A stretch of 124,000 nt of DNA from Hyalangium minutum (GTDB taxonomy: Bacteria; Myxococcota; Myxococcia; Myxococcales; Myxococcaceae): assembly GCF_000737315.1 (NCBI RefSeq), contig NZ_JMCB01000006.1, positions 144,001 to 268,000 of the forward strand, in the 5' to 3' direction. Under the pieces are notes generated by a model. The model ran no database searches and was not told where the DNA came from. It saw nothing but the letters and a program-made list of their open reading frames with translations. Made by a program: the position numbers and the translations under genes. Below, in pieces: positions 95,325 to 106,889 of this stretch (position 1 is its first letter; each line of letters opens with the position of its first letter).

Positions 95325-95500
95325 GCCGACTCCTCTACCCCAGGGCCCCGCCCTGCCGCGAGGAGAACCGCGCCCCCGTTTGTGTCGCCCCCGGGACGGG
95401 ACACGGGCCTCGCTGTCCCCACGGGCTCGGGGTAGCCTGCGCCCCCTTCATCCCTCAGCCGCCGGCCGTGGCAGCGCGGACCGGCGCAGGAGCCCGCCGC

Positions 95501-97315
95501 ATGTCGTCCCCGAACCACTACAAGCCCAACCTGCGCGACCTGTACTTCAACCTCTTTGAGTTCCTCGACATCGGCCGCACCTCGCTGGGCAAGGGTCCCT
95601 TCGGCGACATCGACGAGACGGCGGCGCGGCAGACGCTGGAGACATTCGCGCAGGTGTGCGTGAACGAGGTCGCCCCCAGCTTCGCCGAGTCCGAGCACGC
95701 GCCGCCCGTGCTGGAGAACGGCGAGGTGAAGCTGCCGCCGCTGCTCAAGAAGGCCATCTCCGCCTACTACGACGCGGGGATGAACCAGCTGGAGCTGCCT
95801 CCTCACATGGGAGGCCTGGGCGCGCCGCCGTCGCTGGCCTGGGGCGCCTTCGAGCTGCTGGTGGGCGCCAGCGCGCCGGTGGCCTTCTACACGCTGGGCA
95901 CGCTCGTCTCGCGCGTCATCGACCGGCTGGGCACCGAGGCCCAGAAGAAGCGCTTCCTGCCCGCCATCACCGAGCAGCGGTGGATTGGCACCATGGTGCT
96001 CACCGAGCCGGACGCCGGCAGCGACGTGGGCGCCGCGCGCGCCAAGGCGCGGCACGTGGGCGGGGACGTGTGGGAGATTGAAGGCGTCAAGCGCTTCATC
96101 ACCAGCGCGGAGCATGACGCCTCCGAGAATATCATCCACATGGTGTTGGCGCGGCCCGAGGGCGCGGGGCCGGGCACCAAGGGCCTGTCGCTGTTCATCG
96201 TCCCGAAGTTCTGGGTGGAGGAGGACGGCAAGCTGGGCGAGCGCAACGGGGTGGTGTGCACCAAGCTCGAGAAGAAGATGGGCCTCAAGGGCTCCGTCAC
96301 CTGCGAGCTGACGTTCGGGGACGGCAAGCCGGCGCGCGGCCTGCTGCTCGGCGAGGTGCACGAGGGCATCCGGCAGATGTTCCACATCATCGAGCAGGCG
96401 CGCATGGCGGTGGGCATGAAGTCCATGGCCACGCTGTCCACCGCGTACCTGAACGCGCTGGAGTTCACCCAGGACCGCAAGCAGGGCTCGGACCTGCTCG
96501 CCGCGCGCGACAAGACGGCCCCGCGCGTGGCCATCATCCGCCACCCGGACGTGCGCCGCATGCTGATGGCGCAGAAGGCCCACGCCGAGGGCATGCGCGC
96601 CCTGGCCCTCTTCACCGCCTCCATCCAGGACCAGGTGGAGATCAAGGGCGGCCACCGCGCGCTGGAGGCCGCGGAGCTGGACGCGCTCAACGACTTGCTG
96701 CTGCCGCTGGTGAAGGGCTACTGCTCGGAGAAGGCGTACGAGCTGCTGGCGGTGTCGCTGCAGTGCTTCGGCGGCTCGGGGTACCTGGCGGACTACCCGG
96801 TGGAGCAGTACATCCGCGACCAGAAGATCGACACGCTCTACGAGGGCACCACGCACATCCAGGCGCTGGACCTCATCATGCGCAAGCTGGCGCGCGACGG
96901 CGGGGCCACCTTCCAGGGGCTGCTGGGGCAGATCCGGCAGACGGCCGAGTCGGACCTGGGTGGCAAGGAGCTGGAGACGGAGCGCAAGGCGCTGGGCGAG
97001 GCGCTGGGCGCGCTGGAGACGATGCTCGGCGCGCTCATGGGCAAGCTGGGCGAGTCGCTCTACCACGTGGGCCTGCAGGGCAACCGGGTGCTGGCCTCGG
97101 TGGCGGAAGTGGTGATCGGCTGGCTGCTGGTGCGCCACGCGGCGGTGGCGCTGGAGCGCACCAAGGTGAACCCGGGCGACAAGGCCTTCTACGCGGGCAA
97201 GCTCGCCTCGGCGCGCTGGTTCTGCAAGGAGGTGCTGCCGAACATCGCGCACCATGCGCGTATGGTGGAGCAGGGCAGCCTGGACCTGATGGAAGTGCCC
97301 GACGAGGCCTTCTAG
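95501..97315 (+). CDS. Acyl-CoA dehydrogenase
   Basis: MVLTEPDAGSDVG, KRFITS, KGLSLFIVPK, KKMGLKGS, YEGTTHIQALD. Confidence 0.93.
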   Translation: MSSPNHYKPNLRDLYFNLFEFLDIGRTSLGKGPFGDIDETAARQTLETFAQVCVNEVAPSFAESEHAPPVLENGEVKLPPLLKKAISAYYDAGMNQLELPPHMGGLGAPPSLAWGAFELLVGASAPVAFYTLGTLVSRVIDRLGTEAQKKRFLPAITEQRWIGTMVLTEPDAGSDVGAARAKARHVGGDVWEIEGVKRFITSAEHDASENIIHMVLARPEGAGPGTKGLSLFIVPKFWVEEDGKLGERNGVVCTKLEKKMGLKGSVTCELTFGDGKPARGLLLGEVHEGIRQMFHIIEQARMAVGMKSMATLSTAYLNALEFTQDRKQGSDLLAARDKTAPRVAIIRHPDVRRMLMAQKAHAEGMRALALFTASIQDQVEIKGGHRALEAAELDALNDLLLPLVKGYCSEKAYELLAVSLQCFGGSGYLADYPVEQYIRDQKIDTLYEGTTHIQALDLIMRKLARDGGATFQGLLGQIRQTAESDLGGKELETERKALGEALGALETMLGALMGKLGESLYHVGLQGNRVLASVAEVVIGWLLVRHAAVALERTKVNPGDKAFYAGKLASARWFCKEVLPNIAHHARMVEQGSLDLMEVPDEAF

Positions 97316-97421
97316 AGGAATTCCGCGGGGTTGGCGGCGGGCACGTCCCTCAGTGAACATTGACTTGCCCGTCAGTACGACGGTAGAGCCTCCTGCCCGG
97401 AACGCCTGATCGGGAGGATCG

Positions 97422-98471
97422 ATGTCGTCGAGGACAGCCCCAACAGACTACGAGGTCGTGCAGAACGCCGAGCCGCACCCGGCTCGCACGGCCGCCATCC
97501 TCAGAGCCCACCCGGAGGTGCGCAAGCTGTTCGGGCGCACCCCGGCCACCGCGCTGTTCGTGCCCATCATCCTGGTGATGCAGTTCGGCACGGCGTGGAT
97601 GGTGAAGGACCAGCCGTGGTGGGTCATCGTCCTGGCGGCGTACACGCTGGGCGCCATCGTCAACAACACCTGCTACGTCATCATCCACGAGGCCACGCAC
97701 AGCCTCATCTTCAAGGGCCGCATGGGCAACCTGCTGGCGGCCATCGGGGCGGATCTGGTGCACGTCATCCCCTCGGCGGTGACGTTCACGCGCTTCCACC
97801 TGGTGCACCACCGGCACCAGGGCGAGTTCGACCTGGACGCGGACCTGCCCTCGCACGCCGAGGCGAAGCTGGTGGGCAACAGCACCCTCATGAAGGCGCT
97901 GTGGGTCACCTTCTTCCCGCTGATGCAGGCGCTGCGCATGCCGCGCTTCTCCAAGCTGGTCAGCTTCTGGGAGCCGTGGACGGTGGTGAACGCGCTGGCG
98001 GTGTTCGCGGTGGACGCGGCCGTGTTGTTCCTGATGGGGCCCTGGGCGTTCCTCTACATCGTCCTGAGCATCTTCTTCTCCATCGGCCTGCACCCGCTGG
98101 GCGGCCGGCTCATCCAGGAGCACTTCATCGTGGCCCACCCGCAGGAGACGTACTCCTACTATGGGCCGTGGAACCTCACCGCGCTGAACGTGGGCTACCA
98201 CAACGAGCACCATGACTTCTCCGCGGTGCCGTGGAACAAGCTGCCGCAGGTGCGCGCGCTGGCGCCCGAGCACTACGACACGCTGGTGTGGCACCGCTCG
98301 TGGACGGGGCTGCTGGTGAAGTTCATCTTTGATCCGTCGCTGAGCCTCTACAGCCGCATCACCCGCCCCGGTCCGCAGAAGCGCAAGGTGCTCACGGGCG
98401 GCGTGGGCCGCGTGCCGGACTCGGTGGAGTCGCTGCAGAAGCCGCCTTCCGCCGTCGACTCGGCCGCCTGA
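97422..98471 (+). CDS. Sphingolipid delta-4 desaturase/hydroxylase (DES1/DEGS-like)
   Basis: PHPARTAAILRAHPEVRKLFG Lipid_DES-type N-terminus; HEATH, HLVHH, NVGYHNEHHDF; QETYSYYG. Confidence 0.82.
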   Translation: MSSRTAPTDYEVVQNAEPHPARTAAILRAHPEVRKLFGRTPATALFVPIILVMQFGTAWMVKDQPWWVIVLAAYTLGAIVNNTCYVIIHEATHSLIFKGRMGNLLAAIGADLVHVIPSAVTFTRFHLVHHRHQGEFDLDADLPSHAEAKLVGNSTLMKALWVTFFPLMQALRMPRFSKLVSFWEPWTVVNALAVFAVDAAVLFLMGPWAFLYIVLSIFFSIGLHPLGGRLIQEHFIVAHPQETYSYYGPWNLTALNVGYHNEHHDFSAVPWNKLPQVRALAPEHYDTLVWHRSWTGLLVKFIFDPSLSLYSRITRPGPQKRKVLTGGVGRVPDSVESLQKPPSAVDSAA

Positions 98472-98516
98472 GTGCTGCGATAGTCTCGCGCCTCAACACC
98501 ACTGGAGAGGAACTCG

Positions 98517-98927
98517 ATGGGTCTTGCAGAGAAGCGCGCAGTGGCGGCTTACCAGAAGGACAAGTGGCCGACGTGGCAGCAGAAGCTGAACGCCATCACT
98601 GGCTTTGAGCCCACCTACGAGATCGCGTGGGATCAGCTGGCCAAGGAGGGCTACTCGGCCGAGTACCCCACCATGTTCGACTACAACTTCTTCGAGCCCT
98701 TGGAGATCGCGCTGAAGTCGATCTGCCAGGACGACCTGGGCAAGGACGCCCTCAAGGAGAAGATCAAGAAGGTCTCCATCACCAGCACCCGGAGCTGGTG
98801 CTCGCTGGAGGTCAAGATCGAGGGCGACACGCTCAAGCTCGACGCGGATCCTTCCTATGAGCGCTCGAACGGGAGCGTGACCTCCTACGCGGACAAGATG
98901 CGCCTGGCGCTCGAGGCCGCGCTGTAG
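98517..98927 (+). CDS. Hypothetical protein
   Basis: RBS GAGAGGA, strong codon bias; no motif recognised. Confidence 0.75.
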   Translation: MGLAEKRAVAAYQKDKWPTWQQKLNAITGFEPTYEIAWDQLAKEGYSAEYPTMFDYNFFEPLEIALKSICQDDLGKDALKEKIKKVSITSTRSWCSLEVKIEGDTLKLDADPSYERSNGSVTSYADKMRLALEAAL

Positions 98928-98935
98928 CTCCGGAC

Positions 98936-99349
98936 TCAGCCCCGGTTCGGCTCTTGGGAGACCGGGAGCCGGACCATGCGGTCCATCAAGTGCTCAAGGG
99001 CCTTCGCTGGGTCCTCGCACAGCCCCGAGTGGAACGGGGACGTCTGAATCACGGTGCTGCGCGGCGCGATGAGCCAGTGCCACCGCTCCTTCTGAGGCAG
99101 CTGCCCAATGGGCCCCGCGGTCCGGCCTCCCGCGCAGATGCGGGGAATGGCCTCCAGGTGGGCTCTCACGCCTTCCACATCCACCTCGGGCGCGAGCGCG
99201 AGAAGGCGCCGCTCGTCCAGCTCCACCTGGGCTCCGAGGAAGCGGTGGGTGAGGCAGTAGAGGATGACGCCCGCGTTGATGAACTCGCCGCGCTCCACGC
99301 GCGGCACGACGCGGATGATGGCGTAATCAAAAGAGCTGGGCGCGGGCAC
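98936..99349 (-). CDS. DUF3037 family protein
   Basis: FDYAIIRVVPRVERGEFINAG..WLIAPRSTVIQTS. Confidence 0.88.
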   Translation of the reverse strand: MPAPSSFDYAIIRVVPRVERGEFINAGVILYCLTHRFLGAQVELDERRLLALAPEVDVEGVRAHLEAIPRICAGGRTAGPIGQLPQKERWHWLIAPRSTVIQTSPFHSGLCEDPAKALEHLMDRMVRLPVSQEPNRG

Positions 99350-100106
99350 GCTCCGCCTCCTCGATGAACTTCGGGGCCGCCTCGAGCCGCCCGCGCAGCC
99401 ACGCCAGGTACGCCTCGCGGTGGGCCTGCGGGGTGGAGAAGGCCTCCTCGTTGCCCAGCCACGCGTCGGGGATGAGCGCCACCGTGCGCTCCAGCACCTC
99501 GGGCGTCAGCCGGGTGCGCAGCGTGGCCTCCGTCGCGCGCAGCGCCGTGGCCCAGCGCAGCAGCACATGGTCCTTGATGGGAGCGAAGGCCGTCCCCGCG
99601 CGCTCCAGGTACCCGTCCCACGAGTGGTGGAAGTACATGGACGCGCCGTGGTCGATGAGCCAGAGCGCCTTGTGCCAGTGCAGCATGTTGGGGTTCTTCG
99701 GGGTCCGGTCCACGTTCGTCACGTAGGCATCGAAGCAGACGATCTCCGAGGCCTCCTGAGCGGAGGGCGGCGGGCCGGCGACCGGGTCGAACGTGATGGA
99801 GCCCGGCAGGTAGTCCATCGCCAGGTTCAGCCCTCCGCTGGCCTTGATGAGGTCACGGATCTCTCCGTCCGGCTCGGCGCGGCCCAGCACGGGGTCCAGG
99901 TGCATGAACACAAGCTCCGGGACGCGCAGGCCCATGGCACGGGCCAGTTCGCCCGCCACCAGCTCGGCGATGAGCACCTTGAGCCCCTGCCCCGCGCCTC
100001 GGAACTTCAGCACGTACAGCCCGGAGTCCTCCGCTTCGACGATGGCGGGCATCGAGCCCCCCTCGCGCAGCGGCGTCACGTACCTGGTCGCCGTCACCGT
100101 CCTCAT
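99327..100106 (-). CDS. HipA-like kinase
   Basis: ATRYVTPLREGGSMP, VLKFRGAGQG, NVDRT..NPNML..LIDHGA. Confidence 0.88.
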   Translation of the reverse strand: MRTVTATRYVTPLREGGSMPAIVEAEDSGLYVLKFRGAGQGLKVLIAELVAGELARAMGLRVPELVFMHLDPVLGRAEPDGEIRDLIKASGGLNLAMDYLPGSITFDPVAGPPPSAQEASEIVCFDAYVTNVDRTPKNPNMLHWHKALWLIDHGASMYFHHSWDGYLERAGTAFAPIKDHVLLRWATALRATEATLRTRLTPEVLERTVALIPDAWLGNEEAFSTPQAHREAYLAWLRGRLEAAPKFIEEAERARAQLF

Positions 100107-100199
100107 GGTCCCGCACTTATCACGGCACCGCGCGTGCACCTTGAGTCCTGAAACTGGAAACAAGTAAGACGCGCTGAACCTGAATAATCGGAGGCGCCC

Positions 100200-101402
100200 A
100201 TGCGGATGCCCAGGACGGCGGTACTGGCGTTGCTCGTCACCCTCGCGTTCACCCCCGCGGCCCTGGCGGGCCAGAGCGCCTCGAAGCGCTGGGCGGCGAG
100301 CCGCGGCGACTTCACCGCGTGGCAGCTCAGCGGCGCGAGCCGTGCGGCGGATGGCTCGCTGCAGTTGCTGCCGGGCCAGTCGTGGGCGGGGACGGATCCG
100401 TATGGGCCCGGCGGCTTCGCGGGCGGCACGTACTACAACGGCGGCTCGTTCGTGCAGGGCGAGGTGACCAGCCCCATCGTCACGCCGTCCTTCGGCTTCC
100501 GGCAGGCCATTGCCTCGTGGGAGGCGCGCACGCCTCCGGGCACCTGGGTGGAGAGCTTCATCCGCGTGCAGGTGTCTGGCACCTGGACGAAGTGGTACAG
100601 CCTGGGCGTGTGGGCGGCGGATGGCTCGGCGGTGCAGCGGCACTCGGCCACCTCGCAGTCGGACAGCGTGGCGTACGTGGCCACGGACACACTTGTCGTC
100701 ACGGCGAAGAAGGCCTCGGCCACGGCGTGGCAGGTGAAGGTGCGGCTCTTCAGCGCCGATGGTGTGGCGACGCCGAGCCTGGATGCCAGCGCTGTGACGG
100801 TGTCTCTGGCGCCAGACCGGCCCTCCTCGTTCCCTCCGGGCAGCTCCACGCGCTGGAACACGGTGCTCGCGGTGCCACAGTGCTCGCAGATGGTGTACCC
100901 GGACGGCGGCGAGGTCTGGTGCAGCCCCACGTCCACGGCCATGGTGCTGCGATACTGGGTCGGCGAGTCCACGACCACCTGCGAGCCGCACGTGCGCGCG
101001 GCCGTGAGCGGCGTCCATGACTGGTACTACGACGGGCACGGCAACTGGCCGTTCAACACGGCGTATGCGGCGGCCCAGGGGCTCCAGGCGCATGTGTCTC
101101 GCTTCACGAGCTTCTCGCAGCTGGAGCCGTGGATCTCCGCGGGCGTCCCCGCCATCCTCAGCGTTGCCTGGCGCAGCGGTGAGCTGACGGGCGCGCCCAT
101201 CTCCTCCACGGCGGGTCACCTCATCGTGCTCGTGGGCTTCGATGCGGCGGGCAACCCCGTGGTGAATGATCCGGCGGGCGCCAGCAACACCGCCGTGCGC
101301 CGGACGTACCTGCGCTCGCAGCTAGAGCCGCTGTGGCAGAACGCTTCGGCGGGCACCGCGTATCTCATCTATCCCCAGGGCTGGACGGTGCCCGCCCTGT
101401 GA
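100200..101402 (+). CDS. Secreted peptidase C39-like protein
   Basis: Signal peptide; CSQM..WCSPTS Cys, GNWPFN, GHLIV His, NDP. Confidence 0.8.
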   Translation: MRMPRTAVLALLVTLAFTPAALAGQSASKRWAASRGDFTAWQLSGASRAADGSLQLLPGQSWAGTDPYGPGGFAGGTYYNGGSFVQGEVTSPIVTPSFGFRQAIASWEARTPPGTWVESFIRVQVSGTWTKWYSLGVWAADGSAVQRHSATSQSDSVAYVATDTLVVTAKKASATAWQVKVRLFSADGVATPSLDASAVTVSLAPDRPSSFPPGSSTRWNTVLAVPQCSQMVYPDGGEVWCSPTSTAMVLRYWVGESTTTCEPHVRAAVSGVHDWYYDGHGNWPFNTAYAAAQGLQAHVSRFTSFSQLEPWISAGVPAILSVAWRSGELTGAPISSTAGHLIVLVGFDAAGNPVVNDPAGASNTAVRRTYLRSQLEPLWQNASAGTAYLIYPQGWTVPAL

Positions 101403-101872
101403 GCGGTGCGTCCCACACCTTCTCGTTCGCCTCGATCCTGGCAGCGCCTCCCGAGAAGGTGTGGGCTCGCGTGAGCACCTTGTCGGGCGTGAACGCGGAG
101501 ATGGCGCCCTGGTTCCGGATGACCGGGCCCCAGGGCGTCGATCACCTCGAGCCCGGGCAGCTCGCGCTGGGCCAGCGGCTCTTCCGGTCGTGGCTGCTGC
101601 TCTTCGGGGTGCTGCCGCTGGACTACGACGACCTCACCTTCGTGCGGTTCGAGCCGGGCAAGGGCTTCCTGGAGCGCTCGCGGATGATCTCCGCGAAGGT
101701 GTGGGAGCACGAGCGAACACTTGAGCCCCACCCCGAGGGCACGCTGCTCACCGATCGCATCCGCTTCGAGCCGCGCCTGCCCCTGCCCGGGCTCCGAGGG
101801 CTGTACAGCAGCGTGTTCCGCCACCGCCACGCGCAGCTGCGGCGGCACTTCGGCGGGCGGCTCGCGAGCTGA
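101399..101872 (+). CDS. SRPBCC-like hypothetical protein
   Basis: APPEKVW..FLERS..WEHERT..LTDRIRF..FRHRH pattern; GTGA overlap. Confidence 0.65.
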   Translation: MSGASHTFSFASILAAPPEKVWARVSTLSGVNAEMAPWFRMTGPQGVDHLEPGQLALGQRLFRSWLLLFGVLPLDYDDLTFVRFEPGKGFLERSRMISAKVWEHERTLEPHPEGTLLTDRIRFEPRLPLPGLRGLYSSVFRHRHAQLRRHFGGRLAS

Positions 101873-102056
101873 GGGTTCGGAGCCCCGCTCTTACTGAAAG
101901 ACAGGCACACTGCGGGTACGCCCGGTCCTCACGGCGCAGAGCGCCATGCTTCCGCTCGTGCTGGACAGCCGCGAGTGAAGCAGGCACCGTGCCCGCCCTC
102001 GCGCCGTGCTGCCGTGGCGCGAGGGACACCCCTGTCACTTCGACTCGGAGGAAGCC

Positions 102057-104117
<2,061 letters not shown>

Positions 104118-104121
104118 TCCC

Positions 104122-105514
104122 GTGTCACGCCTGCTTTCTCTGGCATTGCTGATGCTGCTGTCCACCGCGCTGGTGGGCGGCAGTTGTGACGAGCCGGAGG
104201 CGGTGGGCCTCGAAGAGCTGCAGCGGGACGTTCCTCCGCCCTTCGATTACGCGCTGTACTGCGACGTCCACGGGAAGCTCGTGGGCGATCGCTCCGCTGT
104301 GCTGCTCGTGCACCGCGCCGAACACCTCGAGCGTGTGTATGCCGACGCACAGGCGGGAGACCGTCGCGCCCAGGCCCTCTTCCGCCAGCTGGAGGCCGTC
104401 CTCCAGCGCACCGGAGCGGAGCTGGCGGACCGTTCGCTGGGATTCACCTGTAACTCCCTGCCAGCCTGCGTGGTGGCCTGGCACCAGCTGGACGCGTTCA
104501 TGCCTTCGCGCGGCGCGGGAGGCATGCGCCTGCGGCAGGTGATGGCGGACAGCTTTGTTTGCGCGCGAGGCCAAGCTCAAGCACGTGCGCAACACCGTCA
104601 TCTCCGCGGCGCTCGACGTGCTGCTGGTGGGCACGGTGCTCAAAACGGGCGCTACGGGTACGGCTGGGGTGGCGGCGGGCACGGCAGAAGCCTCGGCAGG
104701 CACCGTGGAGGCGGGGAGACTGGCGCTGGCTGGGGTGGAGACACGTCTGGCGGAGGAGGAGCTGCCAGCGCTGGAAGCCCGGATGGTCGAGGCCGAGGCG
104801 CTGGAGGTGGGCCCTCGATACCCCGCCCGCCTGGAAGCATTGACACGCTACCGGCCTTCGGGCGCCCAGCCACCCTCGGGAGTGGAAGCCGACCATCCCC
104901 GGTGGACCAGCTACGTGGCCTACTGGGAGCGGCGCTACGAGGAGCTCGCGGGCACCCGACCTCTGTCACAGGGGCAAGTTGCGGTGAAGCCTCCTCTGAC
105001 GTGGGACGCCTATTCGTCCCTACTCGGAAGGTTCCAACGCTCGCTGGAGTTTCAGCGCAGCGCGTCGCGCATGCTTCAGCAGGCTCGCGAACCTGGCAGC
105101 CCTCGGGAGTGGGTGCCCGACATGAAGCAGCCGCTGGCCGCAGAGAACACGGGCCTGAAGCATGAAGGCAGCGACCTTGTCACCTACGCGGATGCTCTGG
105201 TCGTGGACGACGCCTCACTAGGCTCGGGCACTCGGCCGAATGTTCAAACCTTCAGCATGAAGCAGCGCGACTTCGCCGCCATGAGCGAAGGCGACGCCTT
105301 CAAGCAAGCACAGATTGATGCCTTTGAAGCACAGACGAAAGACGGGGGAACCGTCGAAGTGCGCAGGCGTGGCCATCCTCTCTTCGGAAAGAAAGTGGTC
105401 GTGACCCGAGTGCACCTCGTTTATGACGGGAAGGATCTCTCGCTCTCCATCAAGAACGCCCTCTTGAGAGGAGCGCGCAGCCAAAAGGTTGAACTCCACC
105501 TCCATGTCCCCTGA
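104122..105514 (+). pseudogene. Frameshifted polymorphic-toxin lipoprotein with restriction-endonuclease-like C-terminus
   Basis: Lipobox GGSC in the 104122 frame; agcTTTGTTTGcgc at 104554-104561; removing one TTTG joins DSF-AREAKLKH to the 104555-105514 frame; YADALV..SMK motif. Could also be an assembly error. Confidence 0.7.
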
Positions 105515-106853
105515 AGAGTGGACCCAATCTGACGATTTCGTCCTTGAACTCATCTCGCCCATTGATCCGCTGTCGCGCGGCTTTGCGGGGCTCGAGCCCC
105601 TTCTGGACGTTATTGAATCGCTGGACGAAGCGCTTCGCCCGGACACGATGCACTTCATGCGCGGGCGCCGGACTCTGCAGTACTCGCGCCAGATGCTGCG
105701 CAAGCGGTTCCAAGACACTCACGGTATTGACACGGTCAACATCCTGTTTGGCCGTTCTCGGCCTCCTGAGATCATTCTCGACCTCATGGGCAGAACCAGC
105801 GAGGAGGAGGTCACCTGCAGCTTCCATCTGGTGGTGAAGCCTTTCTCCTTCGTCTGCGAGCCCAGCCGCGCAAATCATCATGCTGAGCATTTCGTCTCCC
105901 TCGTACGCGCTTTGGCTTCCTGCATGCCTCTGTTTCACGGCGTGGCTCACAGCCGCACCGATTTCTGGCTGAGCAGCGACCCTCGCGCGAAGAACCCCCT
106001 CGCTGCACCTCGTGTCCAAGAGGCCTTCTGGCTCAACGTCTATGGTCCCCAGATGGTGGAAGAGCTTGGCCGCGAGCGCGTGCTCTCCACGCCGTGCGCT
106101 CACATAGAGGAACTTCCCCACGGCGCCGTCCTCATGCTCACGCGCCCCACCCCTGTGGACTTCGCCTCGGAAGAGGCCCGGCTCGCCCAGGCCCGTGCCC
106201 TGGTCCACCTCCGCCCGGAGCTCTCGCTGGACTCCACCCTGGCTGCCCTCCGCCAGCGCTCCCTCGAGTTCACCCCCGTCCCCATCCACTTCGATCCAGA
106301 TGTGGCCGACATCCTGCTCAAGAAGATCCATTTCGAAGGCGTGGCCGGTGGAATGCGCAAGCACGTCGAGCACTTCAACCAGTACCACCCTCCTCCTGTC
106401 TCCGAGTGGATTCCCGCCTCCCAGGCCCCAGCGCCGGACGTGGACAACGTCCCCGCTGCCATCGAGCAATACGACGGCCTCTATGCCGAGCAGCTCATGG
106501 CCCTTTTCCACGAAAAGGTCCCCGAAGTGATGGACGTCTCCCAGGAGGCGCTTCCCCTCCTCGACTGGCACCTGTGGAACTCGCGCTGGGGTAAGGACAT
106601 CACCCATGAGCAGCGGGAGATTCTCGTCCCCGCCCTGGGCGGCTGGCTCGGCCGCTACTTGGTGAACTGGCTCGGCGGACGGTGGGTCCCTCGCCGCAAG
106701 TTGGAGGAAGCCGCCGTCATCGTCGGCGACAAGGCCTGGCTGCCCTTCCTCCGCGCGCGCCACGCCCTTAACGGGCTGGATGCTCCACTCGATTACTCCT
106801 GCACCCAGTTCTTCCGCGCGGCACAGCGCAGCGCTCACCCGCAGGCGCACTGA
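105504..106853 (+). CDS. Probable cognate immunity protein
   Basis: 11-bp overlap with the toxin 3' end; no signal peptide; FWLNVYGPQMVEELGRERVLSTP..EELPHGAVLMLT pattern reminiscent of Imm52-type proteins. Confidence 0.6.
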   Translation: MSPEEWTQSDDFVLELISPIDPLSRGFAGLEPLLDVIESLDEALRPDTMHFMRGRRTLQYSRQMLRKRFQDTHGIDTVNILFGRSRPPEIILDLMGRTSEEEVTCSFHLVVKPFSFVCEPSRANHHAEHFVSLVRALASCMPLFHGVAHSRTDFWLSSDPRAKNPLAAPRVQEAFWLNVYGPQMVEELGRERVLSTPCAHIEELPHGAVLMLTRPTPVDFASEEARLAQARALVHLRPELSLDSTLAALRQRSLEFTPVPIHFDPDVADILLKKIHFEGVAGGMRKHVEHFNQYHPPPVSEWIPASQAPAPDVDNVPAAIEQYDGLYAEQLMALFHEKVPEVMDVSQEALPLLDWHLWNSRWGKDITHEQREILVPALGGWLGRYLVNWLGGRWVPRRKLEEAAVIVGDKAWLPFLRARHALNGLDAPLDYSCTQFFRAAQRSAHPQAH

Positions 106854-106889
106854 AGCACCTGCCTCCGTGAGCTCCTCCCGTGCTGGCGC

